From assembly GCA_023213395.1 (NCBI GenBank), contig CM041465.1:204793741-204857740 (forward strand): 64,000 nucleotides of DNA, given 5' to 3'. Made by a program: the position numbers and the translations under genes. Within the stretch, counting starts at the first letter, position 1. The number at the start of each line of letters is the position of its first letter. The notes beneath the pieces were generated by a model. It did not search any database, was not told the DNA's origin, and saw only the letters and a list, made by a program, of their open reading frames with translations. Of this stretch, positions 1-13,900 are shown piece by piece. This DNA comes from Cycas panzhihuaensis. Lineage: Eukaryota > Plantae > Cycadophyta.

Positions 1-1700
1 GATCTATCTACCTTTTATAGTTATACCTTGCTCTGTAAAACTAATGGAAGGTAAAATTTCCTAAAGGCTATTAGCCATAATTTTAGCAATTATTTTATAT
101 AGAAAGTTATGTAAGGAGATAGGTATGAACCTTTCCACATTGGATATATGCTTATCCTTTGAGATTAATGCTAAAAATATGGAGTTCAACACTTTTAACA
201 TGTGCCCCATTCTCCTTGATTCTATTACCATCTAAGGAAGATAAATCTTAATGACCTCCCAAATTGCTTGGAAAAAGTTGACTTGAAATCTTTCCAACCC
301 TAGAGATTTATCTAGTTTTATTATAAATATGATATAGTGCAACTAACCCAAGGTGATTAGTTTTATTAGGTTAGAATTTATTTATGGTTATACCATCCTT
401 GGAATAACCTTTAATATCTCATATTGTATGAAGTCTCTTTCTATTTTGTCTTCTGCTAATAGTGTTATAAATTGTTCTCTTACAATTACTTGAACATTTG
501 CCTATGTATAGGCTATGAAACCACCATTAATTTAGAGCTCTATTATCCTATTTTTTATCTATTAAGCTTTAATTACTTTATAAAAAACATTAAGGGTTGA
601 AATCCCCTTACTTAACCCATAACATATGAGAATAAAATCTTGCAATTATATCATGAACTTTCTTAATGGATTCTAGTCTAGTAGTTAGTCCCTCCTCCCT
701 TCCATCAGTTGGGTATTATTACCTACATTTATTTTCTTATTTTAAGCTTTTAATCTATCCATAATCTACTAATGCTCCAACCTAAATTGATCCATGATGT
801 TACAATGCCAGACCTTCATATTACTCTTGATATACCACAACTCAAAATAAGAGATATATATCTTTTTCTAAAACATTAGGCTTATACCCACCATTACTTA
901 ATCAAAGGTATAAAATCTGGACGGTTGATTAACCCTTGATTAGACTTAAATGGGGAGTTCCCAAAGTTATGTATACTTTACATCTTGAGGAGGATAAGGA
1001 TATGATTCAATCTGGCCCTAGTTTAGATGCCTATCTCTACATCATTAGAGTCCACTTAGGCTTTAAAGACCATAAACCTTTCTAGCCTTTCCATATTTAG
1101 TTATGAGCCATGTCTTCTATTAGTCCATGTAAAAACCCTACTAGCTAGCTCAACATCAACTAGCCCTATTTCTTCCATCATATTCATAATTGTCTTTGTA
1201 TGATTACTCAAGAAATAGTACCCTCCAAGCTTCTGACTCAAATGCTAGATCAAGTTAATGTCACCTATGACTATCTAATGTTGAATATTCTTTAACTTAC
1301 TATCTTATTACACATTAGCCCAACAACCTCTAGCTAAAGAAAAATGGTTCAAACCATAAACATTGGCATTGTTAATCATATTATCACTACTTAAACCTTG
1401 GACCTTGATCTTAATTTAGTCTCTACTCCTAATAAATTCCACCAATAAAAGAGTCTTGTAATCCCATAGGGAGATGATACCTCCAAATTGACCATAAGTA
1501 CTCATGCTTATAATTGAGTATCTATTGCCATTCCATAGTTAATTCCATATTTTTAAATTAACTTCCAATAACTAAGTTTCTTGAAGAAGGATGGCATTGA
1601 GGTTCCATTCCTTGATCTGCACCTTAAGGGTTCATTTTGATGAGGCTAAACTTAACCCCCTTACATTCCATAAGACAATAACCATTTCCATCCAAGCTGG
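1..1700 (-). mobile_element. Decayed L1-clade LINE ORF2 (endonuclease plus start of reverse transcriptase), running off the left edge of the window
   Basis: Manual minus-strand translation: IVLWNVRGL (~1680-1650), GQFGGIISLWD (~1495-1460), LVDVELASRVFTWTNRR..ERLERFMV (~1180-1070), NSIFLALISK...FIPISLHNFLYKIIAKIMAN...GR*I (~190-1). Many stops. Confidence 0.85.
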
Positions 1701-2539
1701 AATAATGCCTTTCTTATTTTCAAGTCACCTTTAAATTAGTTGGGGACCTCACCCTTATGAGTGTCTAGTATAAGTCTATCAATGTTTAGGGTCAATTATG
1801 CTTATGTCCCAATTTTTACCCCTCTTATAACTTCTATTTAATAGATTTCATTCTTATATTTTCTACCCTTCCTTTTCTCCATATCCCCATAATAAGCTTT
1901 AGGCAGTAGCATCCCTCCCACCTTTAAAAGTAGTTTCATCAATGGTAAACTCTTAAGGTGCATTTATAGTATTATGTATATATAATCTACATCTATCAAG
2001 TATGTATGCGTTTCACTAAGTATGTAATAAATTCACATGTTCTATAAGATTGCATTATTCAAGTCATTAGATTTAGTTAAATGATCTCTCAATGCCTCAC
2101 ATGTGAGTTGCAATTGTTTGACACATTGTCTTTTGCCTCCTACCACATTCATAGTCAGTAGGAAACACTGAGCGAAGTTTAAAATTTTCCTATTATTCGT
2201 GTCTGTTATGTTGATGAGCATTTAGAAGGTAATATATTGTCTTATATTTATGTGTATGTTAAGGCATGGAGGTCCATTACATTACATCATCATGATGTTC
2301 GATATATAGTGAGTTTATTTTTTTATGCGTTTAGATTTCCTTCTATCATAATTTTAATCTTCTTCTCACTTAGGTTTATGGTCTATTTAGAAGGGGCAAT
2401 CTATATAGTTTCATTGTCTCATCCATTATCAAAGTTTTATACTACATCTAGATTTTAAATCTATAAGTCTTACCCAGTATTGCTTGCCCCAATCATTTAA
2501 CGAATCTCTAGTAATACATCCTTATTTAATCTACTAAGT

Positions 2540-2818
2540 AAGTCATTTGAAGGCATTATCATTTATGTTTAGAGAAGCCCATATCTTTGTTGTCATGCAT
2601 AATCCAAGCATTATCACTTATGTTCGGACAAGCCCACATCATCATCACCATACATAAGCCAAGTGAGTCATTTCAGGGCATTATCATTTGTATTTGGAGA
2701 GGCCCACATCTCTATCATCATCCATAAGCTAACCAAGTCATCTTAGGGCATTGTCATCTATGTTTGGAGAGGCCCACTTCTCTATTATCCTGCATAAGCT
2801 TAACAAGTCATTTTAGCA
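2540..2818. repeat. Degenerate 70-bp tandem repeat, about 4 copies
   Basis: Units start at 2609, 2679 and 2749 (cattatcatttgtatttggagaggcccacatctctatcatcatccataagctaaccaagtcatcttaggg-like), with a shortened unit from 2540. Confidence 0.9.
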
Positions 2819-3849
2819 CATTACAGTTTCAACATTATAGAGATAGGCTTAAGCCTCGTAATCTCAGACACATGCCTTCATAGTATTATTAGCTTATAGT
2901 CTCTCAATGAGCCTTTACAATGTCATCAAGAAGTTGATGTAGTTATACGAAAAGGAATTGTTGAAGTCAAGGCTAAATCAGTGGTAATCCCATTATACGG
3001 TGCTAATTATATGTAGCAGGAAGAAAGAAGAAAATTTGTGGTAATTTTTTTATGCATTATAAAGCTCTTATAAATTAATATTATTTTATATTTAAGTGAA
3101 ATTTATCACCTTATAATGTTTGTCACTAAATTATAGGTTGTAGAGAGTAGTTTAACATGACCAAACATTTAGTTTAAAGGGTCTTAACTATATTTTCAAA
3201 GAGCCTATCTCATTTCAAGCACAAGATTCTACTTCAGTAAGCATAACTTTCATATGTGGAGCCCAATCCTATGTTTACTAGTCTCAGTGTGATCTTCATT
3301 CTAACCCAGTCAAAACTAGTGGTTACATGCCTATAGTGTGTTTGCATTTAGTGGTCCATTTAATAAGAAAAAGTTGATGTAATATTTTTATGGTAGTTTA
3401 TGTACTAAGGGCCTTTCATTAAAAATTGACCTCCTTATACTATTTAAAGTATAACTTTCTCATAAAGTATTAGATTTATGCCATGTTTAATTTAATTTTC
3501 TATAAAGTGAATGGTCTTAAGCATTTTGAAATTATTTGATGTGCTACTTTAATGATTAAAGTTAATATATGTTTGTGGGCTTCCTATGAGTTAATCCTAT
3601 AAACAAAACTTATACAAACTTCACTTTGTAATCACAAATTAATATCAAACTCTTTATCTTAGAGGAGGTTAAGTCCCAACTACGATACTTTTGCATGTCC
3701 CAAAGTTGAAAGGGGGATAATTTGACTTCAGTTTGAGTGTTTTTCTACCTTTGTTTAGTGTATCTTCTATCCTTCATCAACATACTATTTATTTTTAAAG
3801 TACTTTATCTTACAAGGTATTTTACTTTATCACAACTTCTAACATAAGC

Positions 3850-6800
3850 AATATAATAGTACTTAAGTTTGATGGTATTAGTTTCTTAAATTGGAGTCAT
3901 AGAAAGTCTATATTTATATCAAAATATATGTTGGACTTAATCATAAATGGCTATAGTATACTTAATCTTAATGCTACTATAAATGAAAATAAGACTTCCA
4001 AGGAGAATGAAAAAAAAGACAATGAAGCTTTGTTATTCATCTTCTATGTTTTAGAAGACCACATCTTCTTAACAGCAAGTGAAGTAACTACATCAAAGGA
4101 GGTGTGGAATGCTTTAAAAACTACCTATAAAAGGGCTACTACAACAAAACTTCAAACATTAAGGACCTGATTTAAAAATTATAGAATGAATAACAATAAG
4201 AAGATTATTAACTTTATAACTAAGATGGGAGGCCTGGTTAATTCAATAAGGGTCTTAAGTGAAGTTATTAGTAAATAAAATATGGTAGAAAAAATTCTAA
4301 GGAGTGTTGGTAAGCTTAAGAAGTTTGAGATGGTAGTCATAAGTATTGAAGTCTCTAAAGACCTTACAACACTTAAAGTTGATCAAATTAGTACTATATA
4401 TTATCAGTTGTTGAAGAGAAGAAAGGTGGTAGTGAGTCCTTGGAATATGCTTTTATCATTAATCTAGAGATTAGGCTATCTTATGAAGGCCAAAGTTCTA
4501 GGGAAAAAGTTTAATCTCTTACAGGAAGGGGTTAAAACTTTAGAAACTAAGGATAATTTCACCAAGGGCAATTCCATAAAGGGCAAGGATAATTTTATCA
4601 AGGACAAGCATATATAAATCAAGTCTAAGGATAAGTTTTGGACCTTAAAGCTAAAAGGTAGAGGAAAAATTCCAAGAGGAAGGAATTAAGGACAAAGAAA
4701 AATGAGTCATAGAGGTAGAGGAAGAGGAACAATACAATATTCCTATTACCATAAAAATGTATACTTAGAAATTAATTACTTCACAAAAGGATTCAATATA
4801 CAAAGGGAAGCAACAAATAGAACAATTGAAGAACCAAGGTAAAATAAAATACTTTTCCTATCAAATCTAATGGCTGATGAAGAAGAGGATAGTTGGTATA
4901 TTGTCTTAGGTTACTTCACCCATATGACTTGTAGGAAAAGATGATTTAAGAAATTAGATAATTCTTAAACAAGCAAAATCATATTTTCATATAACACTTC
5001 TCAAGTAGTAATAGGTAAAGGGAATATATTACTCCAAATATATTTTGGAAAAACTAAGTATATCAATGATATATTCCATGTCCCTACACTAAAAAAGAAC
5101 TTACTATTAGTTGGTCAAATGATGGAGTAAAAGTATAAAGTTATCTTTGATGATAGGGAGTGTATAATTAGGGACAAGTTAAAGAATAAAGCAATAGTTA
5201 CTAAGGGTCAAATAACAAGTGATAGATTATTTAAGCCAAGCATACCCCTAAATGACTATTATGCCTTAAAGACATTAATTGATATGGATAATGAAACATG
5301 GCATAAAAGGTTTATCCATGTGAAGTATAACAACTTAGTATTAATAAAGAAAATAGAAATGGTAATTAGTCTACCCAATATTAAACACAATAAAGAAGTA
5401 TATGAAGGATGTATACTAGGCAAACAGTAAAGGGAAGGATTCACAAATGATAATTATAAAGCAAATAGGCCACTACAACTAGTATACATAGATTTATGTG
5501 GACTAATGAATGTACCATCCCTTACAGGTACTCAATACTTTATAACTTTTATTGATTATTTTATAAGAATGACTTAGATTTATTTTCTCAAGTTTAAATT
5601 AGATGCATTCAAATGTTTTATTGATTTCAAAGTAATGATTAAAAGGCATAGTGGCCACAAAATCCTAACACTTAGACTAGATAATATGGGAGAATTCATT
5701 TTAAATTAATTTATAGTTTATTACAGGTACCATAGGGTAAGAAAATAACTAATTAATCCTTATAGCCCTCAATAAAATTAGGTACCATAAAGGAAAATTA
5801 GGATAATTATTAAGATGATTACATGCATGCTTAAGGGTAAGCATCTTGGTAATGAGTTTTGTACAAAATATGTTTATACAATTATTTACTTATTAAAAAA
5901 AATTCTGACAAATGTAATTAGATGGGCAACACTTGAAGAGGCCTGAACAGGGCACAAGCCTAACATGAAATACCTAAGGATTTTTAGGTGCATAACATAT
6001 GTACATATTCTAAAATAAAGAAGGATAAAGTTGAATGACAAAAGCACTAAGTATATATTTATAGGATATAGTGATACATTAAGGTCCTATAAGTTATATG
6101 ATCTTAAGGATAAAAGAATCATCATGGGTAAGGATGTTATCTTTAATGAAAATGGATTCTATCAAGAAGAAATTATTAAAAAAGATAATGGTAAAAGTAT
6201 TATGGTTGATATAGAACCTAATACAAATGGTACAAATAAACATAATGCAAGTGGAGTAGGGTGTAAAGGGGTCATACCCCTTAAAATATCTTAGACAGAA
6301 ACTTTAAGAGAAGAACAACTAAATCTCAAAGGGTAAACTTTATACTAATAACATAAATTATTGAGATAATTAAACTTCAAAACTTTGAAGAGGCAAACAA
6401 TCAAAATGAATAGAAGGTAGTAATAAAAGAGATGTATAGTGCTTTAATGAAGAATAACAGTTGGGAGTTAATTAATTTACCACCAAGAAAAAATACCGTT
6501 AGGATAAAATGGATCTAGAAGATTAAGCACGAGTCAAATGGTTCAACTAACAAGTATACAGCATGACTAGTTGTAAGGAGCTACGATCAAGTTAAAGATA
6601 TAGACTATAATAAAACATTTATATTTATAGTAGGGTTGGAAATTGCCAAAATGATTATGGCCTTAGTTGCACAATATAGTCAAACAATCCATAAAATGGA
6701 TGTGAAGAGTCTATTCTTAAATAAATATATTAATGAGGAGATGTATATCTAACAACCTAAGGGTTTTGAGATAAACAATAAGGAAGATAAGGTCTATAGA

Positions 6801-7931
6801 CTCAAAAAGACCTTGTATGGACTAAAAGAGGTACCTAGAGAATGGTACCTTAGGATTCATAACTATTTCAAGAATAAAGGATACCTAAGAAGCTAATCAA
6901 ACCCTAACTTATGCATTAAGTTGAAAGGAAGTTTAATATTGATTGTGCGATTATATTTGTATGACCTAGTATATACTAAGAATTATGATTACTTATCTTA
7001 AAATTCTAAGGAAGATATCTCCAAGGAGTTTTAAATGACAGATTTAGGATTTACGCATTATTTCTGAGGCATTGAAGTATGGTAGGATAAAAAGGAAATA
7101 TTTGTCTCACAAAGGAAATTCATATTTAATATGTTACATAAATTTAACATGGATAGTTACAAGCCACTTACAACAATAACAGAAATGGGGTTAAAATTTT
7201 TTGGGGTTGAAATTATCTAAGTACAAGGAGTTTAAATCAATTGACCCTACTCATTACACATAGTTAATTGAGAGTCTTATTTACTTGACTTCAACTTGAT
7301 TGGACATTATGTATGCAGTTAGTGTGGTTTCTAGGCTTTGTATAAGCCTAAGGTAAAACATTAACAAGTAAACAAAAGAATTCATAGATATCTCAAAGGT
7401 ATTATTGAGTGTCGATTACATTATAAGTCATCAAGTGATTGTAGGTTTATTGGCTATATAAACTCAGACTAGGTAGGTTATGTATATAATAAGAAGTCTA
7501 CTTCAGATTATGCTTTTAGTTTAGGTTTAGTAGCAATAACATTGAGTTTAAAAAAAAAAAGCAATAGTATCTCTTTCTATTATAGAAGTAGAACATAAGG
7601 CAGTTATAGTAGAAGCTTGTGAAATAGTTTAGCTTGGGAGATTATTTTAGGATTTGTAAGAGGAATAAGACTAGTCTGATATAATTATTTTATGATAACC
7701 AAGGTATCATTCAAATGACTAAGAATCTCGTGTTTTATAGCAAGACCAAGCACATTGAAATATAATGTCACTTCATCACGGAGCTAGTGCAGCACAGTGA
7801 GTTAGAGTTAGTCTATTATAACACAAAGAATTATGTGGTAAATATCTTTATAAAGGCACTTAACAAAATAAAATTTAGCAAATTCAAATATAAACTTGGA
7901 GTCTCCCCAAATAGGCATTATGGGGGAGAAA
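3850..7931 (+). mobile_element. Ty1/copia element A: complete but heavily mutated gag-protease-integrase-RT-RNase H; LTRs not resolved
   Basis: Gag KFDG..NW, KDNEALLFIF..TTSKEVWNALK, MVEKILRS; integrase LVHIDLCG and KSTKYIFIGYS; RT MDVKS and YRLKKTLYGLK; RNase H KSTSDY and KTKHIE; polypurine tract (PPT) GGGGGAGAA at 7922-7930 followed by TATTA (decayed TGTTA). Confidence 0.92.
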
Positions 7932-8244
7932 TATTAGGATAGTATCCATATTAAGGTAATTCCCAAATCTTTACGTCAAAGATTGAACAGCGTTTATCAA
8001 CCTTAGGCAACAATAAACCTTGAGAAATATGCCAATCTTTCCTTGATCTTGTCAATTTATCTATGGGGTCTTATGATCCTAGTGTTCATTAACACCACCT
8101 ATATACTTGAAATATTTTATCTCTTCCTATCCTACTTTGTCTTGTATGTTTTTTTTTCTTGATAACCTTCAAATCTTATGTTTAAGAACAACCATCCATA
8201 ATGATTTCAACCTGTTTAGGGAGGCCATTGGATATTTTTAATCC

Positions 8245-10937
8245 AAGAAATGTGATAACCTTAAGTTCTAAAAAAAGTAATTTACATGCCCAATGTGAAG
8301 CTAAGATCACATTTTAGTTGATATTTTAAGTTAAAAGTAATATTAATTAAGGAGATGCTTAATCAAATGACAATAAAGTGTGTATTACTTTAAATATGAA
8401 ATTACATTCTTAGGGGTTTAAAGAACCTAAAGTGCAAACAATTAACTTAGAAACATAGGGGTTCAACCCACTATAAAGAAAATATTGGCAATAAGTTATC
8501 ATGCTAATATTTTCTCCACAATAAGGTGAGAATGACCACCCTAAAGTTTTTAAGGCCAATTATTCACTCCTTCAACTAAGGATTATTAAGTGGTCTCCCT
8601 TGGTTATGTAGCCTCAACCTTAATAGAATTACCATCTCTAACCTTGGTAATAAACTTTAAAGAAAACCATAAGATGTCTCGACTCATAATAAGTAGTAGA
8701 GGTAGTGGAAAGATAAAATCCCATATGGTCTCTCTATATAAGGTCATTCAACCAACCATGACTACATAACACACTCCTTAAGAGCGACCCTAAAGTCAAC
8801 CCACTTACTCATTACTACCCTTATAACTATCAAAGTTACTTAGTAGTTTTTATAGATAAGTCATAATAAGTAAAGCATACCAACATGATTGTACCCTTAT
8901 TAGGGACTTATATGAGCTAGTTAAGGGATTGGTATACTATAGGGCCCTCTATTTGTGGAGGGTCTTAATCCAATAATTTGTTGGTAAAAATGGTGAGATA
9001 GGGTTTAGACTTTATAAACACCTAAGACTTACCTAAGCATTCTAGTAGATAATAAAAAACTGATAAAGTAAAAAAACTTCAACAAATTTATCTTATTTAA
9101 AAAATTTAGTGTAACAAAAGTCATAAACCAAATGTTAAATACATAACACACATGAATAAAAGTAGGAGACAACACTAAGTCTCTCCTAAATTCTAAATTT
9201 GTTGAATGTGCTTGTATAATAAAAATAAAAAAATTTGCTACTTTTTATGTTTATTTTTATAATTTTATTTCAATAATATGCACCTAAGCCCTTGCAAGAG
9301 TTAGTTCAAAATTAAAATAAAAATATACACTAAAACCCCAATGTATCCACGTACTAATACAACTAAATGAAATAAAAATTTTCCACTAAATTCAATAGTT
9401 TCTTAGGCCAATCAAATTTGAAATAAAACTACATGTGAATACAACAAATTTCCTTCTTTCTAGTTCATTTTATCTAACAAAAAATAAAATATGAATGCCG
9501 CTAATCCTTTTCCTAATCTACATATGTATGAATGCTATTGAAAACCACTTTTTCTCTACCTATATTCTAGCCAAAAAATGGCCTACCTATGCCTTGCATA
9601 AGGATGGCCAAATGAGAAAATCATCTCAAAATTTAATATGTTTCTAAGCCCTTAAGATATGACTTTAAATAAGAGTCAATATTAGGTAAATTATGACTTT
9701 TAATTATCACCTTTATTTATGCATGCACAATAATGATACCCTCAAAGTTTAGTTTCATTCTTTAAAATGTAATTTCGGAGATGTATAGGTGCAAGCATTC
9801 ACTAACTCAAATATTAATTAAATATTTGTTCAAATATGTAGTGTTGTTATATTTAATTTTTTATAAAATAACACCATTTGAGACATAAAAAAATACAAAC
9901 CTCACTTTCACATGATAAATATTAAATAATCTTCATTAAGATTTTGTGCACTAACGTCAACAAAATTTGAACCATAACACTTGACTTTTAGATGATTTAA
10001 AGGTTGATGTATGTATTGAAATGATATCTTAATCATTTATCATAAATTACACTTATTTATGAGTTTCCCCCTTATTTAAATGTGTGCTTTGTTCATTTCA
10101 ACATTTATAAAAATGCAAAGTTTGAGATCACTTACTATACATCAAAAGCTTACTTCAAAAACACATTTGAAAAATAAGCACTTTATAAATATAAATCCTT
10201 GAGTAAGGCCCTTCAAAGCAAAATTAATAAAGTATTTATATGCCTCAAGTTACACAAGATAATAAGCTAGGAATAATATGTTAAAACATCAATTACCTTA
10301 CCCTCATGTTAAAACATTTACAAGACTATAAATTGATCAAAGTATGATACCTTAATAATCAATTAAAGATTATATATATACATGTATAAGGTTATTTATG
10401 TTTTCTAGAAATTACATTTGAATTAATAAATACTTGTGGGTTTAAACATCTCAATAAACCTTCTTTAAAACAAGTTAAAAAAGGATGTATTTTGTTTTAA
10501 GAGGGCATTGATTAAAGCATAAAAAAATAATTATCCTAAGGTGTGTTTATAAGGTTAGTCAAAGAGACTTGAATCCATGACTTATTAACCACAAATGGCC
10601 TAACTCTTACACACCTAACCTACATGCACTCATCAATAAATAAAAATAATAAACATAAAGTATTTACATGAAATGATAAAACTTATGTCATTAAATTTAC
10701 TTTAAAATAAGAGTATTATTCTTATTATAATAAGATTATAACTCCTTTGTAATTAGGCAACTTGATTGTTTGAAAAAGGGTATCTCTATTAATTCATCAA
10801 ATCAATGCATAAAGGCAATATATTGGGTATCGTACATATGTTAAAATTATATGGCATAAGCCAATGTTTTAAAAAGCATATACATACATACATACATATG
10901 GAATGTGACTATAAGGTATGATTATACTTGACTTCTT
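8245..10937. repeat. ~2.7-kb unclassified dispersed repeat, copy 1
   Basis: Colinear with 42320-42956 plus 54048-55807; shared strings include tatcatgctaatattttctcca, caataatgataccctcaaagttt and gaaatgataaaacttatgtcattaaa. Confidence 0.9.
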
Positions 10938-13900
10938 AAGATCACAATACTCAACAATTCAAAGAGGTATGAATAAATGTCAAATTTGTTCCAAATATAA
11001 GGTGTTTTTAATGGCATATATAATGTTATAAAGTGAAAAATGATGAATAAGGATTAATCACCAGTTATGAAGCACATATACACAGTGTTTGAAAATTGAT
11101 ATTTATAGAGATTCATTTCATATTTATAATGTACATGTTATGATTATGAAGGGTGACTAAAATCATATGATTCTATGAATTTTGAGAGAAAAGGCCAAGA
11201 GATGCTTATATTTGTATATTTCTTTTATAAGCATTATGGATGAATAACATATTACAAAAGTATTTGAAATTTATTACAAAGGGTTGTATCATTGCCATAT
11301 GTATTAGATCACTCATAATAAAGAGAATCGATATAAAACACTAGAAATTGGATCTACAATCAAATTATCAATGAATGCTTAAAGAAAAACTCACTTTAGT
11401 AATGCTAAGTTAAAAGAAGATAATTAATCGATACTCTTCAACACCCAAAGAATAAATTAGTGGGAGTCTAAAATTTTATGCCTCCCATAACTATTTACTG
11501 TCCATCTAATGTGAAAAATGAATAATGATATCATGGAGAGCATTGACTAAAATATGTTAATAATTAAAGCATAACACTCATGGGCTTAATGTACCTCATA
11601 GATTAATAGTGATCAAATAAAGGAATGAAGGATTCTATATTCCAAATGGCTTGTTACAATTCTGGTTGATCCACATGCTTATCTTAGAGATGTAGGTCGA
11701 GACTTCATGTATAAGAAGTTAATGTACAAATGATGAGATGCCTAATAAATTTAAGGTGGAGATGCATTTTTCATTGACTATGTAGGGATGAGTAATTTTA
11801 GACTACTTCTATAATTTGGTTTAAAGCCTTTACCCAAATTTGGCAGTGAAGGAAGAGACAAAGGATGGCAACATCATGTGTGAGATGTATCATATGGGAT
11901 GACAATCAAATGACTTAAGAGAACAACCATATAAATCCAATTAATGACTATATGTTGAGCCTTATGTTGACCCCATAAGAATCCTTTACATAAGTAAATA
12001 ATAATGATGATTTCCTCCATGCAATAAAAGTATATCTAGATCAATATTAGGGTGATTGGGTAAAAAATTTAGGTAATTATATAGAGCATTACACCCATCA
12101 ATATATTAATGAAAAATATTAAGGAATACTTGGGTTGGTCCAAGTTAATCATTTGTGATTTCTCCTACATTTCCATTTTTAAAGAGTTATTTGCTTTGAT
12201 AAATGTTATTTATTAATTAATTGCTTTATTCCTGAAGTGTGTAAATGTGTAAATAGAAATAATAATAGAGTATTGAAAAGAAGAAAATAAATAAATTATA
12301 TGCAATATGCCTCAGCCCAATATGCTTCAAATTCAAATCCCCTCTAAAATAGTCACTAAAAATTTATTAGATGAGTAATGATTTTATACAAAAGGAGGGG
12401 GGTGTTTATTTAGTTTGTTGAAAAATATATTAAACGATCTCCTTAATCACCTTTTAAATTAACCTAAATAAACCTTAAAACCATATGATTAACATTAAAT
12501 ACATAGGGCCCCATTAAAAGTGATATTATAAGGTATATAATTATATTAAAAAAGGGTAGGGAAATACCCCTAGGTCTTAGGAAATCTAATATAAGCCTAA
12601 GAAACCATAAATTTTGTAACTCATACATCAATATAATGCCCACTCAACACAGAAGTCTAATAAGAATGAAGATTTCCACTTAGAATTTGATGTAGAATAG
12701 CTAGAAATCTAAAATAAAATCTCTAAAAAGAGGGTTGCCAAAGTTATCTGAAGTGATGAAGATAATATAATATTAGAAACTCAAGCACCATCATAATCTA
12801 AAACAAAAGTAGAAAGTGATAACCAAAATATCTAGAGCATAGTACTTCTATAAGCAAGATTACTATCGAAAGAGTGATGGTGGCAAAAGTACAAAGTAAG
12901 TTAAATCTTAAATGACACCTCTAAAATAATCCAAAATCTAAACTATAAAGCTAAAAGAGTTAAAGACTTCAAAAATAGTATAAAGGTATCTCAAAGATAA
13001 AGTAGATATATGTTATCTACTAATCAAACTAACCTGTAATCATCTTTAAAGCATTTTTGGAGTTGTTAAAAAACTAAGAAAAACTACATAGAGTAAAGAA
13101 CCAAACTCTAATAATCATGATCTAAAGTTGAAAAGGGTAGATCGTGTATGCTAGAAAAGTCATTTGTACAAAGTGTCAACCAATGTTGACCACTAAAATT
13201 TGATATGATCACTAAAGATCTAAATATCTTGAACCAATCAATCTAATGTTGAAGAGGATCAATCAAGACCGAGATCTAAAAAACTATGTAAACATAAAAA
13301 ATATCGATGACTATAACTCTGAATAGTAAAGTATTAGCAAATGATAACTACCAGATCATCTAATACTAGAATGTGCATTAAGAATCTAAACTAACTACTG
13401 AAAAGTAATAAATTATGCTAGTGCCAAATTGTAAGATCTTATACAACTAGACTAGTTTATGATAGATAAAGTCATTATTATGTATGCAATGATAGATGAA
13501 GATTTATGAAGAGATATACCATGAAAGAAAAAGGTACCAAAGCATAACTAAAAAGGCAATAGAAGTAATAACTAGAAACTCAAAGGAGTTACCAAAACTT
13601 GAACTAAAGAAATTAGAGAATAACTACTCTAAGGGTACACCATTGATAGGTAGTCATGAAGAAAGAGCCAAAAAAAAGTTAACTAATTAAGAAAACTAAA
13701 CTAGATGTAGAACAAAATCTAATATATTGATGGAATGACACAATCACCTAGTTAACTACTACAATGACGTCTACATCTATCATGATGGGTATGAAGAACC
13801 ATATCAAAATCAAAGTGATTCAAATTGTCCCAAGAAGGTGCTTAGAGACAAAGGACCTAACAATATGCTATAAAAAGGCAATAATTAAAGTCATAATCAT

